From a virus, in the IMG/VR virus record IMGVR_UViG_3300025138_000014, positions 1-64,000 of that record: a DNA stretch of 64,000 bases. The stretch is one strand, 5' to 3'. A program made the position numbers and the translations under genes. Below are positions 8,957 to 18,375 of this stretch, piece by piece. The notes under the pieces are model-generated. The model did no database searches. It was given only the letters and a program-made list of their open reading frames with translations, and was not told the origin of the DNA. Numbering within the stretch: the first letter of the stretch is position 1; each line of letters starts with the position of its first letter.

Positions 8957-9696
8957 TGTCATATTTTGCTTCCTTTCCACAAACATTCTATAAATTTGGT
9001 TCAAATGAACCTTCTGTTCTTTTTCAATCAATAAATTCATATGTATCCATACTTGAAGATGTAGCAGAAGATGTTAATTACTATACAAAACAACAAATCT
9101 TGCCAGGTGAAAGACCAGATCAACTTTCTTACAGAATATATGGAGATGATCAATTTTACTGGACTTTTTATGTAATGAATAAAAAGGTTAGAGAAAGTGG
9201 ATGGCCTTTACATCCGCAAACATTATATGATGAATCTTTGAAGCGGTATCCTCATAGAACAGTTGTAACTACAGAAAATATCTCTACGTCACATTTTGTT
9301 AGAGGTGCAATAGTCACAGGTAGTTCAAGTGGTACAATAGGAAAAATTATTGAGAGAAACTTAGAACTCGGTCAATTGGTTATTCAGCCTACTGTTAAGG
9401 ATGCTAAATTCTCAGCAGGTGAAGTTATTACAACTGTAAAAGATGGAGCAGTATTTGAATTTGTAGCATCAGCAGAAAGTGCTCAAATAGATTCAGTACA
9501 TCACTATGAGAATGCTGCAAAAGACTGGGTTGATATTAATCCTTATAATCCTTCTGTAAGTGGTCTGACTCCAGTAACAACCTTTAATAGATTTGAATTA
9601 AAAAATGATGATCTATCTTTTATTAAATGTTTGACTCCAAGTAATGTAGTTAATATTTCAAATCGGTTTAGAAAAGCAATGCGAGATGAAAGTTAA
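8956..9696 (+). CDS. gp53: baseplate wedge protein gp53
   Basis: 'MSYF..FP', LysM-like 'GERPDQLSYRIYGD.QFYW....N....WP', 'VHHYE'. Confidence 0.85.
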   Translation: MSYFASFPQTFYKFGSNEPSVLFQSINSYVSILEDVAEDVNYYTKQQILPGERPDQLSYRIYGDDQFYWTFYVMNKKVRESGWPLHPQTLYDESLKRYPHRTVVTTENISTSHFVRGAIVTGSSSGTIGKIIERNLELGQLVIQPTVKDAKFSAGEVITTVKDGAVFEFVASAESAQIDSVHHYENAAKDWVDINPYNPSVSGLTPVTTFNRFELKNDDLSFIKCLTPSNVVNISNRFRKAMRDES

Positions 9697-10919
9697 TGTC
9701 TGGTCTTGAGTCCCAATTTCAGCTTAACTCTGTTGTTATGTATAAGAATACTGGCAGAGAAACCTTAACTATTACTGCTACAGTATTAGAACTTGAGTTG
9801 CATGAATCATTAGATCAACCTTTTCTAACAGGATTAATTGCCGTATCTGATGCTGAAGGTAAGATTGCTAATTTTGGTTTAAGTGGAACAGAATTTTTAG
9901 AGTTTACATTAACGAACATTCAGTTTGAAGTTTCTATTACAAAAAGATTTGTTATATCATCTACTGAAATAAAAGTGTCCAGTAATGAAATGTCGGAATT
10001 TTATGTATTAAATTTAATGGAAGAGCATGCGGTAGTTAGCTCACTTTCTGTATTTTCAAAATCATACACCGGTACTCCAGATCAAATTATAAAAAGAATT
10101 GTGACAGGAAAACTTAACAAGCAGCTTCTGATAGGAAACCTTAAACCCATTCAAGATCCTATAACTGTAGTCACACCTTATATTACTGCACTAGATGCAA
10201 TTGCTTGGATTAATAATAGAGCAACTACACTAGATGGTCATCCATATTTTGTTTATAGTACAATAAAAGATGATTTCATTAGAATGAGATGTATAGATGA
10301 AATGGCTGCTGATGAATCATTTAATAAACAGCCTTTTACTTATGGTACTGCTGCATCAGTTGCTGGACAATTAGTAAAATCATTACATGCTATTAAAACG
10401 ATGGATATTGGTGGCAGTAATGACTTAATGACAAAAGCGGTTAACGGTGGTTTAGCAGTTAAATATGAAGCTATGGATATTGTCACTGGTAACAGAGCAA
10501 GAAGAAAAAATATAAAACCTACCAATATGGGAAAAGAATTAACATCGGCAATATTTAAGGATAGACGTGTCTTCGATTCTATGAATCAAATAATCTTTGA
10601 TTTCCAAAATCCTAGTTATGAAACTTCTTCCAGTTATGGCGGAGGCAATATTGATACTTTATCAACTAAAATGAAACGTGTTCAGACCGCTGCTAGATAT
10701 AATGAGAATAAAATAGGATTCACTATGAATGGAGCCGTATGGATGGCTAATGATAAAGCAAGAGTTGGAATGCCTATGGATATTCGTACAGTAGAATTGG
10801 ATGGTGCTTTACTATTAAAAGAGGATAAACAGAAGAGCGGTAAATTTGTTGTAACATATGTTTGCCATAGATTTAGTAATAATAAACACGAAGTTGATGT
10901 AATAGGAATTAGACCATGA
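9696..10919 (+). CDS. putative baseplate hub protein (gp27-like by position)
   Basis: 407 aa between gp53 and gp5; 'LHESL....LTG.I...D', 'SKSY.G', 'SGKFVVT.V.H.F' typical of hub proteins. Confidence 0.5.
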   Translation: MSGLESQFQLNSVVMYKNTGRETLTITATVLELELHESLDQPFLTGLIAVSDAEGKIANFGLSGTEFLEFTLTNIQFEVSITKRFVISSTEIKVSSNEMSEFYVLNLMEEHAVVSSLSVFSKSYTGTPDQIIKRIVTGKLNKQLLIGNLKPIQDPITVVTPYITALDAIAWINNRATTLDGHPYFVYSTIKDDFIRMRCIDEMAADESFNKQPFTYGTAASVAGQLVKSLHAIKTMDIGGSNDLMTKAVNGGLAVKYEAMDIVTGNRARRKNIKPTNMGKELTSAIFKDRRVFDSMNQIIFDFQNPSYETSSSYGGGNIDTLSTKMKRVQTAARYNENKIGFTMNGAVWMANDKARVGMPMDIRTVELDGALLLKEDKQKSGKFVVTYVCHRFSNNKHEVDVIGIRP

Positions 10920-11809
10920 GTTTTTACGGTGATTCAATGCGTTGGTGGGTAGGTAGAGTTATATCTGTTAAAGATCCTCTCAAAGTCGGCAGAGTGCGTG
11001 TTAGAATTTATGGTGTGCACAATGATGATATTGCAGAAGTACCTGAACGTGATCTCCCTTGGGCAAGTGTGTTACTACCTACTACCGAAGCTGGAGTATC
11101 TGGCATAGGAAGATCAACTGGTATTAAAGCCGGGGCCCAAGTTATGGGTTTCTTTATGGATGGCGGATTTAGTCAACAGCCCATAGTTTGGGGTTCTATT
11201 CCAAGAATGGAAAAAGTTGATAAACATGGACCTCATGCTACAAGTTCAAGTTCAAGTGGTAATGAAATAGATGATCCTACTATTCCTAAAAATGAAAGAC
11301 GATCTGCTGGCCGCACTCCAGAAGTCCGTATATCAGGAACATTACCAGATATGAGTGCAGCAGTTGGATCTAATAATACAGAAAAAGCATTTAACTTTTT
11401 AGTCGGAAATGGTTTTACACAAAAACAATCAGCTGCAATATGTGGTAACTTTATTCAGGAGTCAGGAATGAATCCAGACATTGAATCTTCCTTTCCAGGT
11501 GAAGAATCATTTGGAATAGCACAATGGAATCCTGCGGCAAAGCGACGGCAGCAATTAGAAAGTTATGCAGCGCAAAGAGAGTTATCATATAAAAGATTAG
11601 AAACACAACTAGAATTTTTTCTGTGGGATTTTTCAGAAAATAGTCCTAAGTTTTTTGCATATAATAGATTTAAACAAACAGTAACAATAAATGCAGCAAG
11701 TGATTTATTTTGTGATAAGTATGAAAGACCACATAAAGATTATGCTCATAAAGCTGCTAGAAGAAAAAATGCTCGTCAAGTATTTGAAGCATATGGAAGT
11801 GACACATGA
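10916..11809 (+). CDS. gp5: gp5 N-terminal OB-fold fused to phage tail lysozyme domain
   Basis: 'WWVGRV....DPLKVGRVRVRIYGVH....LPWA', 'GFFMDG...QQP...GS'; C-terminal 'AAICGNFIQESGMNP...GIAQW...R...YERP' (Phage_lysozyme2-type). Confidence 0.85.
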   Translation: MSFYGDSMRWWVGRVISVKDPLKVGRVRVRIYGVHNDDIAEVPERDLPWASVLLPTTEAGVSGIGRSTGIKAGAQVMGFFMDGGFSQQPIVWGSIPRMEKVDKHGPHATSSSSSGNEIDDPTIPKNERRSAGRTPEVRISGTLPDMSAAVGSNNTEKAFNFLVGNGFTQKQSAAICGNFIQESGMNPDIESSFPGEESFGIAQWNPAAKRRQQLESYAAQRELSYKRLETQLEFFLWDFSENSPKFFAYNRFKQTVTINAASDLFCDKYERPHKDYAHKAARRKNARQVFEAYGSDT

Positions 11810-13557
11810 CCACTATTAATACTTTAAAAGCAAAATTTAGTACAGCATTAAAAAATGCTAATCCAGGACAGATATCGGAAAAACTTAAAGCAGCTACATC
11901 ACAGGCCGAAGCAAAGTTTACTAGCGGAATGGTTGATGCTGGAAGTATTAAGTCTGGCATTAAAACTCTATCACAAGCAACCGATGATATTAATGATATA
12001 ACAGCCGACGCTGTAGATTCCATTGCTGAAATTACTGGAGACGTTCCCGGACTAGCAGAAGATTTAATACAAAACATTGATGAAAATTCTAGCACATTGG
12101 CTTCAGCAATTGGTGCAGGTGAAGAAGTATTAAATGGCAAACTTGATATGATTATCTCATCAGCCTCTCCAGAAGCAATTGCAAGATCACTTAAAGAAGT
12201 GACTGGAAAATCAGCTAGTGAAATACAAGGAGCATTAAAAGATATTGCTCCAGCTGGAGCACTTGAGGGGTTAGATAAAATTGATGATGCTATCGGAAAA
12301 GGTATTGCTGGAGCAAGTAAATTTACAGATGCTTTAAATGGCTTTAAAAAGAATTTTACAGATCTAGTACCTGACTTAACTGGAGGCATAATAACTGATG
12401 TTATTATGAATTTAAATGGTAGTATCAACTCAGCAATTAGAAATGTTATTCCAGATTTTTCCAAAGTACCTTTTGCTGAAAAAGAACTATTAGGATTTTT
12501 AGCATCAGGCAAGAAAATAGATGCTGCAAATTTAATAAGAGAAAGTTTTTCTGGTACAGAAGCAGAACTAGAAAAATTCATAAATGGAATTAAATTATCT
12601 CCACCTGATGCAATTGAAGTAGAAAGAAATCCAGCAGTTGGTACAAAAAGTACACAAGCATATATAATTGGTTCTAATAATAAACAATGGAAAGGCTCTG
12701 GTACAAATCATAAAGAGGATAAAACACAATTTACAACTATTGATTCTTCTGTAGAATTGGAGTTAGAGTTAAGAACGGCCAAAAGAGAAATTACTGAAGT
12801 TGTTGCACACTGGTCAGATACATTTACTAATCAAGATATAGGATCAGTTGAAATTCATAAATGGCACGAGGATGATGATGGTATACCTTATCACTTAATT
12901 ATTAGGCGTGATGGAACTTTACAAAGAGGACTTCCTCTGGATAGAGTTGGTTCACACGTAGCAAAAATGCAAAAACCAAATGAAATACCAAATTCTGATA
13001 AACAAACTTGGACTGATGCTGAAGAAAAAAATGTTGACGCATTTAGAGAATTTAATGAGTCAATCGGCGGTGGTCTTGCTCGTATGAAAATGACTGTTGG
13101 CGAAAGAGAATATGCACTATATAAAGGTTATATTAAGAGAGATGATAAAAATGTAGATGCTCAAAAAGCTGCGGCTAGTTTAACAAAAGATTCACCTGAA
13201 TCAATTAAAAACCAAGTTATATTAGAAACTCATAATAATCACTCAATAGGAATTTGTTTCATTGCAGGATATAATTGTCCAACAGGAACCCAAATGTCGC
13301 AACTAGCAAGAGGTTCAGATTCTATAACTCAAGCACAAATGAAAAAGTTTAGATCAGTTATGGAAGTATTCTATAATGTTGTTGGTGCTGGTCAAGCATT
13401 CGGTCACGCTGACTTAGATCACTCTATGATGGATCCTGGATTTGATGTACAGGAATATGTATTATCAGAATTTGACAAAACTAATATTAATAAAGATGGT
13501 ACGACAAAAGCACTATCTTACGAAGAAATAATTAATTACGATGGATGGTACGAATGA
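11806..13557 (+). CDS. virion protein with N-acetylmuramoyl-L-alanine amidase (Amidase_2, T7-lysozyme-like) domain
   Basis: 'VVAHWS', 'IHKWH', 'GIPYHLIIRRDGTLQRG', 'GSH', 'SIGICFIAG', 'FGHADL...DPGFDV'; N-terminal helical repeat region. Confidence 0.75.
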   Translation: MTTINTLKAKFSTALKNANPGQISEKLKAATSQAEAKFTSGMVDAGSIKSGIKTLSQATDDINDITADAVDSIAEITGDVPGLAEDLIQNIDENSSTLASAIGAGEEVLNGKLDMIISSASPEAIARSLKEVTGKSASEIQGALKDIAPAGALEGLDKIDDAIGKGIAGASKFTDALNGFKKNFTDLVPDLTGGIITDVIMNLNGSINSAIRNVIPDFSKVPFAEKELLGFLASGKKIDAANLIRESFSGTEAELEKFINGIKLSPPDAIEVERNPAVGTKSTQAYIIGSNNKQWKGSGTNHKEDKTQFTTIDSSVELELELRTAKREITEVVAHWSDTFTNQDIGSVEIHKWHEDDDGIPYHLIIRRDGTLQRGLPLDRVGSHVAKMQKPNEIPNSDKQTWTDAEEKNVDAFREFNESIGGGLARMKMTVGEREYALYKGYIKRDDKNVDAQKAAASLTKDSPESIKNQVILETHNNHSIGICFIAGYNCPTGTQMSQLARGSDSITQAQMKKFRSVMEVFYNVVGAGQAFGHADLDHSMMDPGFDVQEYVLSEFDKTNINKDGTTKALSYEEIINYDGWYE

Positions 13558-16070
13558 GCAATCAAGATTTATACGAAGAAAGAGTGAAGAAAGAAGGTAA
13601 AGGTAATGCCGATACGGTTGGTGTATCAGGTGATTCTTTTGAAGATCCTTCTGGAGAATACCCAAAGGATTCTTATAAAGATCAGTCTAGTGTTAATAAA
13701 AATAGAGTAACTGGTAAACAATTTGGTATTGTAACTGGATCTGGACTAGAGGAAGATAACTCGTCTGGTTCTTCCTATGAAGAAGCAGATATAAAAGAAA
13801 CTGGCTGCGGCCATGTTCTAGCATTTGATGATACAGGTGGATCTGAAAGAATTACAATTCTACACGGTACTACAAAGTCTGGTTTGGAATTTAGAGCCAA
13901 CGGCAATATGATTATTTTTACCAAAGAAAATAAAATTGAAGTCGTTAATGGTACATCAGAAATTATTGTTAGAGGCGATGCTAATATTAGTTATGAAGGT
14001 AATTGTACTCTCAATGTATCAGGTGATTATGAAGTCAATTGTAATAACTATATTGTAAATGCTAAAGGTGATAAAAGAGAAACGATTGACGGTTCTTCAA
14101 GAAGTAAAGTTTTTGGGAATGTCGGTTATACAGTTTCTGGTAGTTTCTCTCAGACTGTAGGCGGAAGTAGTGTATTCACAAACCTGGGTAACGTGACTAC
14201 CGCTACTAAAGGAGATGTTAATAACACTACTGAAGGCGATGTGCAAGTAACATCATCTGGAAAATTAACTCAGACAGCTCAGGTTGAGATGAATCTTACT
14301 TCTCCGAAAATGCATCAAGCAGCTGATAAAATATTTATTGCAGGTGGTTTGGGAAGTACAATTGGTGGTGAGAACGTCATGATGTACTGTAAAAATATTT
14401 ACGGCACTTCTGGTAATTTCTCAGACGGATTTACAGCGCCAACTTTCCATGGCGATCTAAAAGGATTAGCTGTTCAGTCCATGAGGTCTGATATCACAAA
14501 CTCTCAAGACTATCCCGATCCAGATACACACCCAGGTGGTCCAGGTAACCAGGGACAATTGCGAGAATATGCTATAGTAGATACCGCTGTCAATACAGAT
14601 GCTACAGTTGAAATGACTTCAGCACTTGTTACAGATTGGTTGAAATCAGATAGAGGCGTTAGAAAACCTAAGATTGATGTTGATAACTTCTTACAGGAGA
14701 CTATGAGAAAAAGAAAATATACAGTCAAAGATGTTAGATCAAAGATGCGTGATAAGGTAAACTCAGACAATCCCGAATGGACTACCGAGCAAGCAGGTAA
14801 GGGTGTTCTATCAGAGACTCATAGTGAAAAAACTCCACCAGCTGGAACAGCAAGAGTTAGGGATGCTGGACCAACTGATATTTCTGTTGAGTCATTTGAA
14901 GGTACAAGAAACAACGCAAAAAATAAAACTATCAAGCTTGAAAAAATACAAACTGATATTCAGATAATACCTAGTAAAGAAATCCTTATAGGACTTAAAA
15001 AACCTATTACATCCAAAACACTTGTAACAAATAAAATACCTTTAGCAAAATTCTTATATGCTAATGATTCAGGTAGATTTGATTCTCTTCCAGAAGATGT
15101 TAAGAAACAGTTGGTTAGAAACTATATTGCTCATGGGCAATTATATAAACAACTACTTTCGGTAGAAGGCAAGTGGGCTAAACATAGACTTGAAGTTGTA
15201 GAAGGTTTCCATGCTGTTGAGAAATATGGACAAACAGGTGATGGAACAGCAGAGACTTTAACAGCTGATAGCATTTTAGAAAAGAGAACTAAAGGTCAAG
15301 CAGTTGTATATGAATTAATTGGGCCAAATGGTAAAACAGACAGAGATGGATCTTTTGAATTAGTAGATCATTGGAAACAATTTGGTATGTTTGATAAAAT
15401 CACTTTGGACTATGATACTTATGATAAAGATGAAGAACTTAATGTTCAAATTGTAGTGGAAGTACCAGATATACCTGAATCATTTAAAGTGACATACAAA
15501 GGTGAAATAGGAACCAACTTTAATAATTCTGTACAATCAACAGGTTCTGTAGTTGAGATATTATCTCCAGCTGATGAACCAGAAGCAGTTGAACTTAAAG
15601 ATAAAAATGTTCCAACTACTAAAGCACTAGAAAAAAAGTTTACACCACCTGCTACAACTGGTAAAACTTTTGATCACCTGCCAGACTTATATCACGCTGT
15701 TGGTGCATATGATTATCCAGTTGGCACAGTATTAACTTTTTATGATAGTTGGCAACATCAGACAGCTATTGATAATCAGAAAATTGCAGGCTTGAAAGGC
15801 TTAATAAACCCAAAGGATTATGTACCAGTTAGAATGGTTGTATGGGGAGCACAGGGTCAAAGTGGAACAAAGAAAGATGGATCATATTATGCTCCAGCAT
15901 ATATAGATGATCCTAAAAATAACCCAGCATTCGGCAGACATGGTGAAGATACAAAATCTATTCATAATTTAAATCTAAAACAAAATGGATTTTCAGTAGA
16001 TTATAAACACCCATCTGGTTCAAAGAAAATATACAGTACTTATCAATGGATTGAAGATAGCTTCTTCTGA
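13545..16070 (+). CDS. gp5 C-terminal (beta-helix spike) protein with extra domains
   Basis: 'DPSGEYP', 'ETGCGHVLAFDDT.G.ERI.I.H', V-x-G repeats ('VRGDANISYEGNCTLNVSGD'). Confidence 0.75.
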   Translation: MVRMSNQDLYEERVKKEGKGNADTVGVSGDSFEDPSGEYPKDSYKDQSSVNKNRVTGKQFGIVTGSGLEEDNSSGSSYEEADIKETGCGHVLAFDDTGGSERITILHGTTKSGLEFRANGNMIIFTKENKIEVVNGTSEIIVRGDANISYEGNCTLNVSGDYEVNCNNYIVNAKGDKRETIDGSSRSKVFGNVGYTVSGSFSQTVGGSSVFTNLGNVTTATKGDVNNTTEGDVQVTSSGKLTQTAQVEMNLTSPKMHQAADKIFIAGGLGSTIGGENVMMYCKNIYGTSGNFSDGFTAPTFHGDLKGLAVQSMRSDITNSQDYPDPDTHPGGPGNQGQLREYAIVDTAVNTDATVEMTSALVTDWLKSDRGVRKPKIDVDNFLQETMRKRKYTVKDVRSKMRDKVNSDNPEWTTEQAGKGVLSETHSEKTPPAGTARVRDAGPTDISVESFEGTRNNAKNKTIKLEKIQTDIQIIPSKEILIGLKKPITSKTLVTNKIPLAKFLYANDSGRFDSLPEDVKKQLVRNYIAHGQLYKQLLSVEGKWAKHRLEVVEGFHAVEKYGQTGDGTAETLTADSILEKRTKGQAVVYELIGPNGKTDRDGSFELVDHWKQFGMFDKITLDYDTYDKDEELNVQIVVEVPDIPESFKVTYKGEIGTNFNNSVQSTGSVVEILSPADEPEAVELKDKNVPTTKALEKKFTPPATTGKTFDHLPDLYHAVGAYDYPVGTVLTFYDSWQHQTAIDNQKIAGLKGLINPKDYVPVRMVVWGAQGQSGTKKDGSYYAPAYIDDPKNNPAFGRHGEDTKSIHNLNLKQNGFSVDYKHPSGSKKIYSTYQWIEDSFF

Positions 16071-16074
16071 TAAG

Positions 16075-16082
16075 TATAAATA
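16075..16082 (+). promoter_or_regulatory. T4 late promoter TATAAATA
   Basis: Exact consensus upstream of gp25. Confidence 0.75.
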
Positions 16083-16103
16083 AATATAAATTAGGGTAAA
16101 TAA

Positions 16104-16544
16104 ATGGCAAGAATATTATCAACCGAAGATGGCAATACTAATGTAACATCTATAACTGTTGCTAGACAAAAAGTGTTTAGTGATATAGACTTGTCATTTG
16201 AAAATAAATCTGCTGGTGATATTTTTAAAAAGACCGATGCTGCATCGGTTAAACAAAGTGTACTAAATATAGTTAGTACAAATAAACTTGAAAAACCTTT
16301 TGAGTCCGATTATGGTGCTAATTTAAGAGCACTATTATTTGAGGGTGCTCATGGTACTTTAGGTTATGAGATTAAAAAAGAAATTCGCAGTGTAATTTAT
16401 GTGTATGAACCAAGAGCAGAAATTGATGATATACAAGTAAGATTAATGGCGGATAATAATTCACTCCACGTGACACTAACATTTCGGGTAGTTAATCAAC
16501 CAGAAATACAAACAGTAACCACATATGTTTCGAGGCTCAGATAA
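16104..16544 (+). CDS. gp25: baseplate wedge protein gp25
   Basis: 'FSDIDLSF', 'SVKQSV.NIV.T...EKPF...YG.NL..LLFE', 'YEPR'. Confidence 0.92.
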   Translation: MARILSTEDGNTNVTSITVARQKVFSDIDLSFENKSAGDIFKKTDAASVKQSVLNIVSTNKLEKPFESDYGANLRALLFEGAHGTLGYEIKKEIRSVIYVYEPRAEIDDIQVRLMADNNSLHVTLTFRVVNQPEIQTVTTYVSRLR

Positions 16545-18364
16545 TGGCAACAACAATATCATCCACCGCACTTGATTTTACAAGTATAAAAAATAATTTA
16601 AAAACTTTTCTTGCAGCAAAGAGTGAGTATGCAGATTATAATTTTGAGGGTTCTGGTCTAAGTAATATTCTTGATGTGTTAGCATATAATACACATTATA
16701 ACGGTCTTGTTACAAACTTTGCTCTAAACGAATCTTATCTCAGTACAGCTCAATTACGTTCCTCAGTTGTATCACTAGCTGAAGGTATTGGTTATGTACC
16801 AAGATCCAAACAGGGTGCTATTGCTCAGGTAAATCTTTCTGTCAATACAGGCGATCTTGTTGGAAGACCTGTTCAATTACAAATTTCAAAAGGTACCAAA
16901 TTTACATCAGATGTTGATGGAATAACTTATACATTTCAAACGAGAGCAGATGCTGTAGCAACTGATAATGGTTTTGGGTTATATTCTTTTAAAGTAAATG
17001 AAGTTGAAGATATTATTATACAAGAAGGTGAAAGTCAAACAAAAACTTTTTATATCGGAGCTGATAGTATTGATAATGTTTATATTATCCCTGATGTTGA
17101 AATGGATATAACTTCAGCAGAGGTTAGAGTTTATGAAACTGTTTCATCTGAAGTATTCTCAATTTATACAAATATTAAAGATGCTACAACTTTCAGTTCG
17201 GCATCGACATTATATATTCTTAAAGAATCACCCAATAAATTCTTTGAGTTAACATTTGGAGATAATGTTACACTTGGTAAATCTCCAGTTGCTGGTAATA
17301 AAGTTGAAGTAGTATATTTAAGAACTAAAGGTAGTGTTGCAAATGGAGCAACTGTTTTTAGTCCATCAAGTCAGGTAACAGTAGGTGTTGATAACTTTCC
17401 AATTACAGTAACCACTGTGATAAACTCTTATAACGGTTCTGAAAAAGAATCAACCGAGTCAATTAGAAAAAATGCTCCGTTTCAATATGCAACACAAAAT
17501 AGAATGGTAACTGCAGATGATTATTCTTCTTTAGTACAGAGAAATTTTGGTTCACTCATTACTGATATTAAAGCCTTTGGTGGTGAAGATGCACTCTTAC
17601 CTCAATACGGCTGTGTATTCCTATCTATTGTTTTTAATGATAATATTACAACTGCTCAAATAAATGCAACAAAGCAGTCTATAGTAGAGTTAGCAGATCA
17701 GCTATCTATAGTAGGTTTCGATTTAAAATTTGAAGATCCTATTCAGACGTTCGTTGAAACACAAGTGTATTTCCAATTTAATCCTAAACTTTCACCTAAA
17801 GCGCTTAACACAATTAGCGAAGAAGTGCAAACAGCTGTTACTGGTTACTTCACAGGTGCTGTTGGTAAATTTGGCCAATCATTTAGAAGATCAAATATGT
17901 TAGCACTTATTGACGATGTAGATCCAGCTGTTCTTTCGTCTCGTGCAGATATTTTGGTGCAGCATAGATTTACACCAACTCTAAATAAAGTTGAAGATCA
18001 TAAACTTAGGTATCCAGTATCTATTGATTCTCCAGATGATAAATTATTTAAAGTTACATCAACAGTATTTAACTATGCAGGCATAACAAGTAGAATTAAA
18101 AATAAACTTTCTTCTAATACTTTACAGGTTGTTGCACTTATAGATGAAACAGTACAAAATGATAACATTGGATCTTATGATCCAACCTCTGGCATTGTTG
18201 ATATTGTTGCACTAAAAGTTGATGGTTTAATATCAGGTGATGACTTTATTAAAATGTCTATTGTTCCAGCTAATCAGTCGGCTATCTCTCCAGTTAGAAA
18301 TGATATATTGAGCTATGATTTAGCTACATCATTCTCATCTGGTATCATTGTAACATCAACATAA
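16544..18364 (+). CDS. gp6: baseplate wedge protein gp6
   Basis: 'LDF..IKNNLK.FL', 'DYNFEGSGLS.ILDVLAYNTHY', 'A.LRSSVVSLA..IGY.P', 'QNRMVTADDY'. Confidence 0.93.
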   Translation: MATTISSTALDFTSIKNNLKTFLAAKSEYADYNFEGSGLSNILDVLAYNTHYNGLVTNFALNESYLSTAQLRSSVVSLAEGIGYVPRSKQGAIAQVNLSVNTGDLVGRPVQLQISKGTKFTSDVDGITYTFQTRADAVATDNGFGLYSFKVNEVEDIIIQEGESQTKTFYIGADSIDNVYIIPDVEMDITSAEVRVYETVSSEVFSIYTNIKDATTFSSASTLYILKESPNKFFELTFGDNVTLGKSPVAGNKVEVVYLRTKGSVANGATVFSPSSQVTVGVDNFPITVTTVINSYNGSEKESTESIRKNAPFQYATQNRMVTADDYSSLVQRNFGSLITDIKAFGGEDALLPQYGCVFLSIVFNDNITTAQINATKQSIVELADQLSIVGFDLKFEDPIQTFVETQVYFQFNPKLSPKALNTISEEVQTAVTGYFTGAVGKFGQSFRRSNMLALIDDVDPAVLSSRADILVQHRFTPTLNKVEDHKLRYPVSIDSPDDKLFKVTSTVFNYAGITSRIKNKLSSNTLQVVALIDETVQNDNIGSYDPTSGIVDIVALKVDGLISGDDFIKMSIVPANQSAISPVRNDILSYDLATSFSSGIIVTST

Positions 18365-18375
18365 GAAACTGAAAC

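Noticed and set aside
11757-12581. Long (274 aa) minus-strand ORF and the many other antisense ORFs within structural genes
   Set aside because: These are shadow frames of G/A/T/S-rich genes, with low-complexity S/P/A/V translations and no RBS or motifs.
12961-13230. Intein in the amidase gene
   Set aside because: Too short, no Cys/Ser start at a plausible junction, no HINT block motifs; the nearby HN belongs to the amidase motif.
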